Source of the DNA: Candidatus Bathyarchaeota archaeon
GTDB taxonomy: Archaea; Thermoproteota; Bathyarchaeia; Bathyarchaeales; Bathycorpusculaceae
DNA: 64,000 nt
NCBI GenBank assembly: GCA_963833575.1
Contig: CAWHXY010000004.1
Location: 32,001-96,000, forward strand
Direction: 5' to 3'
The notes beneath the pieces are model-generated. The model was given only the letters and a program-made list of their open reading frames with translations, was not told where the DNA came from and made no database searches. Made by a program: the position numbers and the translations under genes. Positions 21,407 to 33,372 of the stretch are shown here, in pieces (positions within the stretch are counted from its first letter, which is position 1; each line of letters opens with the position of its first letter).

Positions 21407-21547
21407 TTGCCCCTGTTTGAATGTAGAGTGTGCGGTCGCAAAACACGAGTGGACTATGATATTAGCTGTACAGGTGACGTCAAGCGTAATGTTGAGAAAT
21501 CACCTTGGTGTTGCGGCCAACCTATGATTGAGGCAATTGATGATTAA
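21407..21547 (+). CDS. Desulforedoxin-like metal-binding microprotein (46 aa), not in ORF track
   Basis: MPLFECRVCGRKTRVDYDISCTGDVKRNVEKSPWCCGQPMIEAIDD: CxxCG...CCGxPM. Confidence 0.75.
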   Translation: MPLFECRVCGRKTRVDYDISCTGDVKRNVEKSPWCCGQPMIEAIDD

Positions 21548-21699
21548 CAAAAGCCAAACGATACGATTTCATATCGTTCAGTTCTTATTTCGCGTTATCC
21601 GACACGATTTTATATCGGTTGGCGAAGACGAAGTTTAGCAAATCAGGAAAAAATAGCATTGCTCCGCTTTCGTTATTATCAGCATTAAGTTGGGTCTTG

Positions 21700-22047
21700 C
21701 TATATTGTGTAGTTGTCGCCGGTTTTGTCCTCTTCGGCGACATAAAAAGTAGAGCAGAGTTTACAAAAATCAAGTGTCACCTCAGCCCATGTTGTTTTTT
21801 GATTTGCTAGTTGTTTAGCGATTTTTTTTGCTTCTGCTTGTATTCTAGGCAGGATGTCGTTGAATTGTTCGTTGCCTTTTGAGGCGCGTTTGGAGGTTAG
21901 GTATTGGCTGACTGCTGCTTGGGTGGTTTTGAGTTTTTTTGCCGCTTCAACCTGTGTTAAATGATAAGTGTTAATGAGTTCTTTAGCTACAAGGGACCTG
22001 AATAGAGGAAGCACGAATTTTCCAATGCTTTCGCATCGAGCAGTCAT
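21700..22047 (-). CDS. HTH transcriptional regulator with Cys pairs
   Basis: CE...LP.FRSLVAKEL..LTQVEAAKKLKTTQAAVSQYL..KR; C-terminal CxxC. Confidence 0.85.
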   Translation of the reverse strand: MTARCESIGKFVLPLFRSLVAKELINTYHLTQVEAAKKLKTTQAAVSQYLTSKRASKGNEQFNDILPRIQAEAKKIAKQLANQKTTWAEVTLDFCKLCSTFYVAEEDKTGDNYTI

Positions 22048-22127
22048 TTTTGTTCGGCATTATAACAGCATTATAACCTAATAAATTAAATGGAGAGCCC
22101 ATAACCATGCTTTTCTTATGAGTGAAG

Positions 22128-22682
22128 TTAGAGCATTCTCAATAAATCGGCTTTAGTGATTATGCCTTCAACGTTTCCTTTTTTTGCCACCAAAACTGCC
22201 TGATACGTTTGCAAGAGGCTAGAAATTAGAGACAAAGGTGCATCTTCGGCAACTTGAGGGAAAGCTTCCTCCATAATGTTTTCTATGGGCAGATTAGAGA
22301 TTTGTTCCAAATCTTTGCCAGCCAAAATCTCGCGCAAAATCGTTTTTTCAGAAATGCTCCCTACAGACTGTTTGCCGTTAAACACAGGAATCTGGGAGTA
22401 ACCGTGCTCTTTCATGAGCGTGACAACCTTCAAAATGGGCTCATTTTTCTGTACGCTTATAACTTGGTTTGGCACAACTTTTCTTTCTTGAATTTTGGTT
22501 TTAGCCTCTAGCCTTTCGATAACATCGAAGATTGTTCGTACTTTGGTGAATGATGAGTCGATGGTTCCCGCTTCTAGCTTGGCGATTAAAGATTGACTTA
22601 CTCCCGCCATTTTGGCTAGTTCTGACTGTTTTAGGCCCAGTTGGCGTCTGCGTTTTGCGATGTCATCTAAGGTTGGGAACAT
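22128..22682 (-). CDS. HTH-XRE + CBS-pair transcriptional regulator
   Basis: LKQSELAKMAGVSQSLIAKLE plus two CBS domains (SQIPV, GIITKADLL). Confidence 0.92.
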   Translation of the reverse strand: MFPTLDDIAKRRRQLGLKQSELAKMAGVSQSLIAKLEAGTIDSSFTKVRTIFDVIERLEAKTKIQERKVVPNQVISVQKNEPILKVVTLMKEHGYSQIPVFNGKQSVGSISEKTILREILAGKDLEQISNLPIENIMEEAFPQVAEDAPLSLISSLLQTYQAVLVAKKGNVEGIITKADLLRML

Positions 22683-22780
22683 AGTTTAATAACTGGTTGC
22701 TTGAAGTAATATTCTTTTTGGAATATTTTTGTCAAAAACTAATATAACGCCGTTATGCAATATTGCCCTGTAAAAGGTGA

Positions 22781-24088
<1,308 letters not shown>

Positions 24089-24097
24089 CCCCCATTT

Positions 24098-25243
24098 GTG
24101 GAGGAAACAAAATTAGCAGACGCTAATCAAACACTTGAGAACAAAGAAACAAAATACTTCACATTCGTTAACCCACCAGAGGAGCTGCGTCTTGAATCTG
24201 GCGAGAAGTTAGGTCCAATAACGATTGCTTACGAAACTTATGGGGAGTTAAACGCACACAAATCAAACGCGATTCTTGTCCTTCATGCCCTCTCAGGCGA
24301 TGCCCATGCCGCTGGAATTAGCGGTTGGTGGGGCAGTTTAATTGGTCCGGACAAAGGCTTAGACACAAACAAGTATTTTGTAATCTGCTCCAACGTTATT
24401 GGAGGTTGCCAGGGCTCAACGGGTCCCTCTTCAACGAATCCAAAAACAGGTGAACCTTACGGCACTGATTTCCCACTAGTAACGATTACCGATATGGTTA
24501 ATGCTCAAATTCACTTAATTGATCACTTAGGCATAGAAAAACTGCTAGCCGTCGTTGGTGGGTCAATGGGTGGTATGCAAGTTCTGCAGTGGATGGTCGC
24601 CTACCCAGAACGAATTCGATCGGCAATATCCATCGCCACAACTTTGAAGCATACGCCTCAGCAAATAGCTTTCAATGAAGTTGGTCGCCAAGCAATTATG
24701 GCCGACCCTGACTGGAAAAAAGGGCACTACTATAACTCATTGGTTCCTGCGAAAGGTTTAGCGGTGGCACGAATGATTGGACACATAACGTACATGAGTG
24801 ATTCTTCAATGGCTGAAAAGTTTGGCAGACGCGTCCGTGAAGACAAGGAGCCGTTCAAATTTAGCGCAGAATTTGAGGTGGAAGGCTATTTACAGTATCA
24901 GGGAGACAGCTTCGTTAAACGATTTGATGCCAACTCATATCTCTACATAACCAAAGCCATAGATTACTTCAACATCCTAAACGGAAACAAGAACTTATGT
25001 AACATCTTCAAGGGCTTAAAAGCTAAAGTGCTGGTAATATCATTCAAATCTGACTGGCTATACCCATCTTACCAATCTCAAGACATTATGAAAGCCTGCA
25101 AACTATCAGGTGTCGACACTACCTACTGCGAAATAAACTCAACTTACGGGCATGATTCATTCCTTCTGGAAACAGAGCAAGAAACACAATTAATCAAACA
25201 TTTCCTAAACACTGTATCAAATGATCATAACGGCGGTAAATAA
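24098..25243 (+). CDS. metX: Homoserine O-acetyltransferase
   Basis: HALSG, GGSMGG nucleophile, RFDANSY, YGHDSFL. Confidence 0.95.
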   Translation: MEETKLADANQTLENKETKYFTFVNPPEELRLESGEKLGPITIAYETYGELNAHKSNAILVLHALSGDAHAAGISGWWGSLIGPDKGLDTNKYFVICSNVIGGCQGSTGPSSTNPKTGEPYGTDFPLVTITDMVNAQIHLIDHLGIEKLLAVVGGSMGGMQVLQWMVAYPERIRSAISIATTLKHTPQQIAFNEVGRQAIMADPDWKKGHYYNSLVPAKGLAVARMIGHITYMSDSSMAEKFGRRVREDKEPFKFSAEFEVEGYLQYQGDSFVKRFDANSYLYITKAIDYFNILNGNKNLCNIFKGLKAKVLVISFKSDWLYPSYQSQDIMKACKLSGVDTTYCEINSTYGHDSFLLETEQETQLIKHFLNTVSNDHNGGK

Positions 25244-25848
25244 TGACGCAGGCAACACTGAAAGCAGAACACAAAATCATTCTCGGGTGGATACCTAAAG
25301 AAGCCTCAGTGCTTGACCTTGGATGCGGCGATGGCGAACTATTATCGCTTCTCATAAGCGAGAAGCAGGTGCATGCTCAGGGAGTGGAACTAAGCGAAAG
25401 CTCTATCCACCGTTGCATAGCACAAGGACTAAGCGTCTTTCAACAGGACATAGACACTGGATTATCTGAATACGCCGACAATTCATTCGATTACGTTATA
25501 CTTAACCAGACACTGCAGCAGGTGAAGAGGCCAGACTTCGCATTAAAAGAGGCTTTACGCGTCGGAAAGAAGGCGATTGTTGGCTTCCCAAATTTTGTGC
25601 AAGCTTCCGCTAGATTCCAAATATTTTTCAAAGGAAGAGTTCCAGTAACGAAAGCCTTGCCTTATGAGTGGTATAACACTCCGAACCTACATTTTCTCGG
25701 CATCTCTGACTTTAGGATTTATTGCAAAAAGAGCAATATCCGCGTAGAAAATGCGGCTTTTATTCGAAAAGATAACATTGTCAAGCTGTTTCCAAACTTG
25801 TTTGCAGAAATTGGGCTATTTCTTTTGTCGGCAAAATTCTTGCTTTAG
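25243..25848 (+). CDS. metW: Methionine biosynthesis protein MetW
   Basis: VLDLGCGDG, GFPNF, WYNTPNLH; follows metX. Confidence 0.93.
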   Translation: MTQATLKAEHKIILGWIPKEASVLDLGCGDGELLSLLISEKQVHAQGVELSESSIHRCIAQGLSVFQQDIDTGLSEYADNSFDYVILNQTLQQVKRPDFALKEALRVGKKAIVGFPNFVQASARFQIFFKGRVPVTKALPYEWYNTPNLHFLGISDFRIYCKKSNIRVENAAFIRKDNIVKLFPNLFAEIGLFLLSAKFLL

Positions 25849-25866
25849 ACAATTAAAACTTGGTTT

Positions 25867-26682
25867 CTATTGAAAAGTCACTATTGGGTGATTTGTATTC
25901 TCAGAACTAAATGATGCTGAGTTCCACATGTTTTCGAAATAGCTTTTACCTAAAGCGATGAGGCTAGGGTTGTTAGACCATAAGGCAGATGTTTCCAAAG
26001 TGCCAGTTGCAGATGTAATAATCATTACTTCTTTTTCATCAATTAAAAGGATTAAGGCTGGAGGCGGTGTAGATAGAAACCTTGTAACTGCTCCTGCTTG
26101 TTTCTCAATCGCCATTATTTCTTCCAAAGCCATATTAATTGAGGTTAGTTTTTCGCTGACAACTCGAATTTTTACGCCTCTTTGCAGTGATTGCATGCGT
26201 GAATCAAAAAATTCAACGACAGCCCTAGGGAACCTTTTTCTTGAAGTAACAATATCAAGGCTCAACTGAACATTACTAGTAACATTATTTATTTTTTGGA
26301 TAACAGCTTGATTTCCTGGAATGAGTATAAATTCAGAGGTCTCTTCTTCCAGTTGCTGTTTTTTGGTTTCACTTTCAGACGATAGTTTATTTGCTTTATT
26401 AATCAATTCATTATATTGCAGCATTTTATTTTCCGCTAAAATTGATACCCCAAGTTTTAAGGGAGTGGGTTTGAACATTGTTGGAGATGTAATGCTTTTT
26501 TCTACTAGGCCAATGTTTTGAAGCGTAGGCATTATTCGATAAACATCTTGTCGCGTTATGTTTGTTTTTTTTGAGATTTCCTTAGCGGTTGAAAGACGCG
26601 CTGAACCAAGAAGGGCGACGTAAATTCTTGCTTGGTTAAGGGTTAGTCCCAGTTCAGTTAAGGTTTCTGTTATCGCTTCCAT
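25867..26682 (-). CDS. TrmB family transcriptional regulator
   Basis: LGLTLNQARIYVAL..ITRQDVYRIM..L..GLV; C-terminal PLD-like domain. Confidence 0.88.
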   Translation of the reverse strand: MEAITETLTELGLTLNQARIYVALLGSARLSTAKEISKKTNITRQDVYRIMPTLQNIGLVEKSITSPTMFKPTPLKLGVSILAENKMLQYNELINKANKLSSESETKKQQLEEETSEFILIPGNQAVIQKINNVTSNVQLSLDIVTSRKRFPRAVVEFFDSRMQSLQRGVKIRVVSEKLTSINMALEEIMAIEKQAGAVTRFLSTPPPALILLIDEKEVMIITSATGTLETSALWSNNPSLIALGKSYFENMWNSASFSSENTNHPIVTFQ

Positions 26683-26837
26683 GATCTCTCTTATCGAGGG
26701 TTTATTCGCCCTATGTTAATATTTTCCCAAATATGACCCCTGTTAGTGTTGGCAAACACTTGTACTAAATTAAATCTTCTTCCTGACTGTGTAATTCTGG
26801 AGATCAAAATACATAGTCCTCAGTTTTAGAAGGGGGA

Positions 26838-27866
26838 TTGTTGTCAACACAAAAACAAAACTTAGCAACGGCGCCATATTCAAAAAGCAAATCTACGAAA
26901 GTTAGACGTGCCATCTCTATAATTCAATCCCAGGGACTTACTTACTACTCCCAAAATTACCTTAAAAGAAGATTATACAATAGATTTTTACAGAAAAAAC
27001 TGCACGCAACATTAAACGATTGTGGCTGGAAGGAAATTAACTTTAAAGCTTTAAACCTGCACGGTTCAGCAAAGATCCTTCTAAACCCGTCAGATATGGG
27101 TTTTTCAAGGGAATTCAACGTTTACGGTTTCCGCGAACCCTTAAACACTTACGCATTCTTCTGCGATGTGGCCAAAAAGAAGCCTGTGGTTTTGGACATA
27201 GGCGGAAACCTAGGATATTTTTCACTAATTGAGCTACAAGCAGGCGCTAAAAAAGTCATTTCAGTGGAGCCTGTTCCATCCACATTTGGGTTGCTTACTA
27301 GGACATTGGAAAAATATAAAGAGGCTGAACCTTTGAACATTGCAATTTCAGACCACAAAGAAAGTCTGAAATTGTATGTTGGGATTGATCGTAATGTGAC
27401 TTCTTCGTTTAGACAACTATTTGTTGATACTGGTCATTTATTGGCATATGAGATTATGGCGACGGCGGAAACACTTCAGAGCATGGAGGAGAAGTATCCG
27501 ATAACTATGATCAGGATGGACGTGGAAGGACATGAATACCGCATACTGTCGGAGCGTATCCCTGACCAAATTGACAGCATAAATATTGAACTACATGTTC
27601 TGCCTCCCTTCAACAAAAAACATGCAGTTAATCTTCTTCGATGCCTAAATAGCCAAAACTTCAAGGTTCATACGGCAATAAACGAGATGAACTATGAATA
27701 TTATGATTTTGTTCAAAGATTTGGATTAAAAAGGGGTTACACGTTGGCAAGAACGCTTGGTTCGAAATTAACTGTTTGCCCATGTATTCAAGTTAACCCT
27801 TCGTTTCAAGAAATAGTTGCTAAGATTCCTGAGCGAGGCCAAATTCATCTAACATTTGAAAGATAA
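26838..27866 (+). CDS. FkbM family SAM-dependent methyltransferase
   Basis: LDIGGNLGY, VEP, RMDVEGHE. Confidence 0.88.
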   Translation: MLSTQKQNLATAPYSKSKSTKVRRAISIIQSQGLTYYSQNYLKRRLYNRFLQKKLHATLNDCGWKEINFKALNLHGSAKILLNPSDMGFSREFNVYGFREPLNTYAFFCDVAKKKPVVLDIGGNLGYFSLIELQAGAKKVISVEPVPSTFGLLTRTLEKYKEAEPLNIAISDHKESLKLYVGIDRNVTSSFRQLFVDTGHLLAYEIMATAETLQSMEEKYPITMIRMDVEGHEYRILSERIPDQIDSINIELHVLPPFNKKHAVNLLRCLNSQNFKVHTAINEMNYEYYDFVQRFGLKRGYTLARTLGSKLTVCPCIQVNPSFQEIVAKIPERGQIHLTFER

Positions 27867-27987
27867 AACATAGAATATCCGTTCCAAAGATCGAAGTTAT
27901 TCATGGGACGTTTGTTGTTGTGTTGCTACAACCACTTAGTTTTAAGAGCACCAAGAACCAAGCAAGTATGCGCAGACTTACTCAAGA

Positions 27988-29556
27988 ATGATAACTATGG
28001 AAACCATAATTTCTCCAAAATTTAAACGAACAACTGGGAAAGAGGTTTGGCGAGAAAACCTGCGTCTATCTATTTTTGCAGCTGACAAAATCAGGAGTAC
28101 ACTGGGTCCACAGGGCGCATACAAATTGGTTTCGTACAACCGTGGTCCCGAACAAGTAGTCAAGATTACCAAGGATGCTATTGCAATTCTAGATGAACTT
28201 GCAATTCAATACCCTCCTGCCGTCATCATTGCCGAAGCTGCCAAGATGCAACGTGAAGAAGCTGGGGATGGGGTAGCATCTTTTGTTATACTGTTATCTG
28301 CTCTTCTGAAAAGGGCGGATGTGCTCTTGTCCAATAAAATACATGCTAACATCATAATTCATGGTTACAGATTAGCGCAAGATCACGCGTTGGAAGTTAT
28401 AGACAAAAAGGCTGTGGTTTACAACGGTAGAAAGGAAGACGTTTTAGACGTTGTTGACTGCAAAAGAAAGCTCTTAACATCAAATTTGCGATTAATGATA
28501 ATTCAAGCTTACCCGCTAGCTTTTTCGGAAGGGAGATTTGATAAGGAAAATATTAGATTTTTAAAGAAAACAGGCGGCAGCATCCAGGAATCAAACTTGA
28601 TCAAAGGAGTCGTCATAAAAAAAGAAAAGGCACATCCTAACATGCCCGACAGGATGGAAAACTTGCGAATAGCCATTACCAATGAAAGACCAGGAATAAA
28701 CCGTTTGGATGTTAAAATGAAGGGAGAAGGTCCAGCTCAGATCAAATTAAATATTAAGAACGCAGACCAAATAAGAAAATACAAAGACGCTGAAAACAAG
28801 CTAAGATTTCAATCTTTAGACAAAATGGTTGCGCTAAAAGCAAACGTTTTGCTATGCGAACAACCAATCGACGAAAGTTTGAAAGATAAACTTCTTTTCG
28901 ATGGGATTTTTACTCTTGAAAGAGTTGACCAGAAAGATACGCAGGCAGTTGCCAAAGCTACAGGCGCCAAAATTGTAGGAAAACTTGCAGACCTAACGGA
29001 AGAGGATTTAGGTAGAGCAGATGAGCTATTTACAGACAGAATAGCGCTTGAAAAAACAGTTACTTTCCAAGGGTGTAAAGGAGCAGCCTTTGTGCTCAGA
29101 GGAAACACTACTCAAACAATTGATGAACTTGAAACTGCAATCCGCAACAGCCTGACACTTCTAAAAGTTTTGGACGATGACGACAGGGTCTTACCTGGCA
29201 GTGGAGCAGCTGAAGTTCACATCGCAGAAGAGCTCAAACAGTATGCAAAGGACTTTGCAAGCAGGGAACAAATTGCGATTGAATCATTCGGAGATGCGTT
29301 GATGGATATTCCAACTTGCTTAGCTGAAAATTATGGTTTAAACCCTACCGACATCCTGCCTGAATTAAGAAAGTGTCATGCTGAAGGGCTTAGCAACTAC
29401 GGTGTATCTGAACAAAGGTGCAGTGAAATGGTTTGCTCAGAACCAATTAAAGTGAAGCATTCGATAATTAGGAGGGCTTATGAGGTTTCATCTATGATGC
29501 TCCAGATAGATGAACTGTTAATCTCAAAAGAGATTCCCAAATTCCATAAAAAATAG
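27988..29556 (+). CDS. Divergent group II chaperonin (TCP-1/thermosome family)
   Basis: IRSTLGPQG, GDG, VLRG, LAENYG, IDE; ATP motifs degenerate. Confidence 0.85.
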   Translation: MITMETIISPKFKRTTGKEVWRENLRLSIFAADKIRSTLGPQGAYKLVSYNRGPEQVVKITKDAIAILDELAIQYPPAVIIAEAAKMQREEAGDGVASFVILLSALLKRADVLLSNKIHANIIIHGYRLAQDHALEVIDKKAVVYNGRKEDVLDVVDCKRKLLTSNLRLMIIQAYPLAFSEGRFDKENIRFLKKTGGSIQESNLIKGVVIKKEKAHPNMPDRMENLRIAITNERPGINRLDVKMKGEGPAQIKLNIKNADQIRKYKDAENKLRFQSLDKMVALKANVLLCEQPIDESLKDKLLFDGIFTLERVDQKDTQAVAKATGAKIVGKLADLTEEDLGRADELFTDRIALEKTVTFQGCKGAAFVLRGNTTQTIDELETAIRNSLTLLKVLDDDDRVLPGSGAAEVHIAEELKQYAKDFASREQIAIESFGDALMDIPTCLAENYGLNPTDILPELRKCHAEGLSNYGVSEQRCSEMVCSEPIKVKHSIIRRAYEVSSMMLQIDELLISKEIPKFHKK

Positions 29557-29621
29557 CAAAAACGAAAACTGATGGAAGAAAGCAGTCTAAAATCAAAGCC
29601 ACAAAAGCCAATAACTTTTGT

Positions 29622-30053
29622 TTAGTTTGGCATTGTAAAGTAGACGACCGCGCCTAAGGCAATGCTAGTAAGCCATAGAATAGCTGTAATAACCATCCAT
29701 TTCTTAGTGTTTTTCGGCAGATCATTGAATGCAAAAATTAGCGTCAGAGCCATAGCAGGAAATCCTATTACGGCATGAACAATTTGTGTGATTGAGAAGG
29801 CTGAAGTTGGGTTCATGTTTGGGTTGATGTAGAAGAAGACAAGTGAAGGGAGCATTACCACCAATGCCGCAATCAAGGTTAAACCAACGGCACCTGTCAT
29901 AATCCAACGGTGAAGCTGAAAAGAGTCTTTGTTTTTTATTTTTCCGAAAGCAAATCCTATGATTCCTAATCCAAGAGCAACGAATACTAGCATTAGAGAT
30001 TCTTGTTGCAATAGAGGAGGAACAACCATATTAGCGCCCGCACTCATGCTCAA
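29622..30053 (-). CDS. DUF420-like 4-TM protein
   Basis: Four TM helices with the H-R-x-x-M and H...G pattern; family is commonly next to oxidase operons. Confidence 0.65.
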   Translation of the reverse strand: MSMSAGANMVVPPLLQQESLMLVFVALGLGIIGFAFGKIKNKDSFQLHRWIMTGAVGLTLIAALVVMLPSLVFFYINPNMNPTSAFSITQIVHAVIGFPAMALTLIFAFNDLPKNTKKWMVITAILWLTSIALGAVVYFTMPN

Positions 30054-30102
30054 AACTTGGTTCTCCTTAAGAAAGAATCACATTCGGTCGTAATATACTT
30101 CT

Positions 30103-30137
30103 TTGTGACTGTGCGAAAGCAACCACAACAGTTAAAA
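30103..30137 (+). promoter_or_regulatory. Shared upstream motif + TATA (cupredoxin promoter)
   Basis: TTGTGACTGTGCGAAAGCAACCACAACAGTTAAAA; near-copy at 32563-32598. Confidence 0.55.
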
Positions 30138-30197
30138 CTTGCTTTTCCCTTAATTTCGATTTAGTATTTTAGAGCTCATTTTTCAGGTGAAAACTAA

Positions 30198-30734
30198 ATG
30201 ATGACTCAAACCCCAAAAAAAAGTAATATCGCTTGGTATATTGCTGCAGTACTCATCATAATTGTCATAATTGCGTCAAGTGGTCTTACGTATCAATATA
30301 CTAAACCAAACAGTCCTTCACCATCGCCAACCTCATCAACATCTCCTTCAGGATCACCGTCGGCGGGAAGCGTAACTATAACGATTTACGCAGGTGAAAT
30401 AAATTCGTCAGTATACGGTTTTGGAAATACAGAAAGCAACATAACTTCGCCAGGGCCAACATTTACAGTTAAAGTTGGAACGACAGTCACAGTTGACTTT
30501 ACGAATGCAGGAACCATGCAGCATAATTGGGCTTTAGTTACTGAAAAAACCGCTGGAAACACCAATTTAGCTTTCAGCAAAGCTCAAATCGCATCGGGAA
30601 GCTACGCCGTTTCGCCGGGAGGAAAAGGGTCAGCAACATTCGTGGCCAATAAGGCAGGAACATATTACTATATTTGCCAAGTAGATGCACATGTAGTGCT
30701 AGGAATGTGGGGAACATTCATAGTGACCCCATAA
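30198..30734 (+). CDS. Membrane-anchored cupredoxin (sulfocyanin/rusticyanin-like)
   Basis: N-terminal TM, S/P linker, PGPT, HN...YYYICQVDAHVVLGM type-1 Cu ligands. Confidence 0.88.
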   Translation: MMTQTPKKSNIAWYIAAVLIIIVIIASSGLTYQYTKPNSPSPSPTSSTSPSGSPSAGSVTITIYAGEINSSVYGFGNTESNITSPGPTFTVKVGTTVTVDFTNAGTMQHNWALVTEKTAGNTNLAFSKAQIASGSYAVSPGGKGSATFVANKAGTYYYICQVDAHVVLGMWGTFIVTP

Positions 30735-30766
30735 AGCCCAACATAATTTTCTCAAGATGGAAAATG

Positions 30767-32338
30767 TTAGGAAGAATCTGACGTTTCGTCAGAATTTGCT
30801 TTTTTACCTGTTGTCTCATTTCTCTTTTTACGCCTTGACAGCTTTTGCAAAGACGGAAAGAGTATAGACGTTCTTGCTCGAATGATCTTTCTTGTTTCAA
30901 GGCTAGCATGAGATTTTGTCATCAGCTTTTCTATCTCCATCTTGCTTCTTTCTAGTCTTTCGGTGAATTCTATATCAGAAATCTTCCCTTCTGACCTTAA
31001 CCTTTGAACCTCTTCTATAGATGAAGATATTTTTTCGAATTCCTCATCGAGCGCAGTTTCCTTAAAAGCATCTGAATCAGGTATTTTACGCCTCACGTAA
31101 CGGAATAGGATAGGCACCTGGATCATGATTGAAATAAAAGCGACGCCAAAAACCATTGTGTTTATTGTGTGTAAATCGGTTTGAGAAATGACTGCTGAAG
31201 TAGTAATTGTGGCTGCAAGCGCGATTGAAAGGGCACCTCTAACTCCACCTAACATAGCGACGTTGGCCCAAATGAGTGACATTTTTCCGCTAATCTTTCT
31301 AAAAAAGGCGAATATCGGATAAACTGTGGCAGCTCTGGCTGCGGTAACAGCTGCAAAAGCAGCGACTATTATCACAAGTGATTGGGGAAAAGTTTTGATT
31401 ATGTTTGCTTGAAATCCTATAAGAAGAAAAGCTACCGAGTTACCAAGGAAGGCGGCTAACTCCCAAAAAATTGTTACAGCCTCTCTAGTAGCTGGCTCCA
31501 TTGCGGTTCGAATAGTATTATTTCCAAAGTATAATCCTGCAACAGCGACAGCAATTAGTCCAGATGCGCCAATGCCAGAGGCAAGCGCATAAGAGCCGTA
31601 AACAACTACGATTGTCAATATGGTTTCGGCAACTCTATCCTCAATTAAACTCGACAGGATTTCACCTACGAATGCAACGCCTAACCCAATTAAAACGCCA
31701 GCACCGAGGGTGAACCCAAAATTAAGAAATGAACCAACTAAAGTTATTTGCTGCAATCCTATCGACGAGAGTATTATGGTAAAAATAATGATTGCAGTAG
31801 CATCATTAAACGCTGCCTCAGTATCTAGGATCGTTGAAAGTTTGGATGGAACTTTCACGCGTCGAAACACTTCTAATACTGTCACGACATCGGTCGGAGC
31901 TATTAATGCAGCGAACAGAAAAGAAACATATGAAGAAAGACCAACTACTTTCCACAAAATCAATCCTCCAACTGAAGTTGCTATCAAAACACCAACGGTT
32001 GCAAGTGCCAACGAAGGCTTAATTACTGCTTTCAGGTCGCTTCCACGAATATGAATCATCGCCTCAAAAATCAAGGGAGGAACAATTAAACCAACAAAAA
32101 GACCACCGCCGCCCCCCTGGATTAACTGATTATAAATTAATTGAATTTGCAAAGAGATGTTTTGCATGGGAACTTGAAGCAGCCCGCCTTGAACAGACAG
32201 CAAAGCTACAATTATGCTGATCAACACGCCGGTGAAAACTAAAACCAATGTATATGGAACTTTAAACCGTATTGAAATGAGGGCAGCTACAAAAGTCAAA
32301 AGCAAGAATGCTGATATGACTAATTCTATACTTGCCAT
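30767..32338 (-). CDS. CPA1 Na+/H+ antiporter (NhaP-like)
   Basis: PPLIFE, APTDVV, EAAFND, GVRGA. Confidence 0.92.
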   Translation of the reverse strand: MASIELVISAFLLLTFVAALISIRFKVPYTLVLVFTGVLISIIVALLSVQGGLLQVPMQNISLQIQLIYNQLIQGGGGGLFVGLIVPPLIFEAMIHIRGSDLKAVIKPSLALATVGVLIATSVGGLILWKVVGLSSYVSFLFAALIAPTDVVTVLEVFRRVKVPSKLSTILDTEAAFNDATAIIIFTIILSSIGLQQITLVGSFLNFGFTLGAGVLIGLGVAFVGEILSSLIEDRVAETILTIVVVYGSYALASGIGASGLIAVAVAGLYFGNNTIRTAMEPATREAVTIFWELAAFLGNSVAFLLIGFQANIIKTFPQSLVIIVAAFAAVTAARAATVYPIFAFFRKISGKMSLIWANVAMLGGVRGALSIALAATITTSAVISQTDLHTINTMVFGVAFISIMIQVPILFRYVRRKIPDSDAFKETALDEEFEKISSSIEEVQRLRSEGKISDIEFTERLERSKMEIEKLMTKSHASLETRKIIRARTSILFPSLQKLSRRKKRNETTGKKANSDETSDSS

Positions 32339-32562
32339 CAGCCGTTCGCCCTCTAGTCTTAATTTTAATTATGCTTTTCATATCAAGGTGCTTAATCAAT
32401 CTCTCGCTACCGATTAATAACCAAGCTCTTACTAACGGATTAAACAAAGCCTTAGCGACTATGGTCGATTAATAGCAGTATTAACACAAATTTTCTGAAT
32501 TGATTTTTTTTATGAAAATTTCTTAAATAAAGTCAATTCCATGTCTGTTTGCCATTGCTAAC

Positions 32563-32598
32563 TTGTGACTGTACTAAGCAACCAACACAGCTTTAAAA
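32563..32598 (+). promoter_or_regulatory. Shared upstream motif + TATA (cox operon promoter)
   Basis: TTGTGACTGTACTAAGCAACCAACACAGCTTTAAAA. Confidence 0.55.
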
Positions 32599-32693
32599 CT
32601 AAAAAATTCTGACTATTACATAACCACTTTTCGAACTTCTGTTAGAAGTAAAACTAAAGAAATCATAGTGGTCTAAAATAAACAGGCTAAACC

Positions 32694-33368
32694 ATGTCAC
32701 AACCATTACCTCCCTCAGCGGTAGATTGGAATAATCTCTTCAATTTAGCCGCCTTCATAGCAATGGCAGCAGTAGCCATAGTCATGGGTGCAATGATTTT
32801 CTTTGCGATAAAATATCGCGAGAAAAAAGGGCAAGCAAACTATATTCCACAAATAGAATTATCAAAAGGTCGTGCCAGAGAAGCTGTGATTTTCGCCATG
32901 ATCTCGATAATAATTTTGACCAGCCTGACAATAGCTTCTTACAGACTTACGCCTAATGAGAGGTTTCCTCCTCCAGTTTCACAAAGTTTAGTAATAGACG
33001 TGACTGCTCACCAATGGTATTTTAATTTCACTTATCCCAACGGAGTATACTACGTTGGAACATGTTATGTACCCGCCAACAAAAGCATAATTTTTAACGT
33101 AACAAGCGCTGACGTTATGCATGATTTTGGCCTAATGGACTTCAGGGTCAAAATTGATGCGATACCAGGTAGATACAACGTAATTGGGGTTACTACTCCA
33201 CCTTTAGTTGGAAATAGTCAACTAAACTACACTATTCGATGTTACGAACTCTGTGGCGGTTCACACACCACCATGCAAGCACCGCTTATAGTTCTAGACC
33301 CTACTATTTTCAATCAGTGGCTCACTAACCAGACGGCCACAAACTCAACAGCATCAGGAGGAAGCTAA
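32694..33368 (+). CDS. coxB: Heme-copper oxidase subunit II with CuA site
   Basis: Two TMs, HQWYF, DVMH, CYELCGGSHTTM. Confidence 0.95.
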   Translation: MSQPLPPSAVDWNNLFNLAAFIAMAAVAIVMGAMIFFAIKYREKKGQANYIPQIELSKGRAREAVIFAMISIIILTSLTIASYRLTPNERFPPPVSQSLVIDVTAHQWYFNFTYPNGVYYVGTCYVPANKSIIFNVTSADVMHDFGLMDFRVKIDAIPGRYNVIGVTTPPLVGNSQLNYTIRCYELCGGSHTTMQAPLIVLDPTIFNQWLTNQTATNSTASGGS

Positions 33369-33372
33369 AAGC

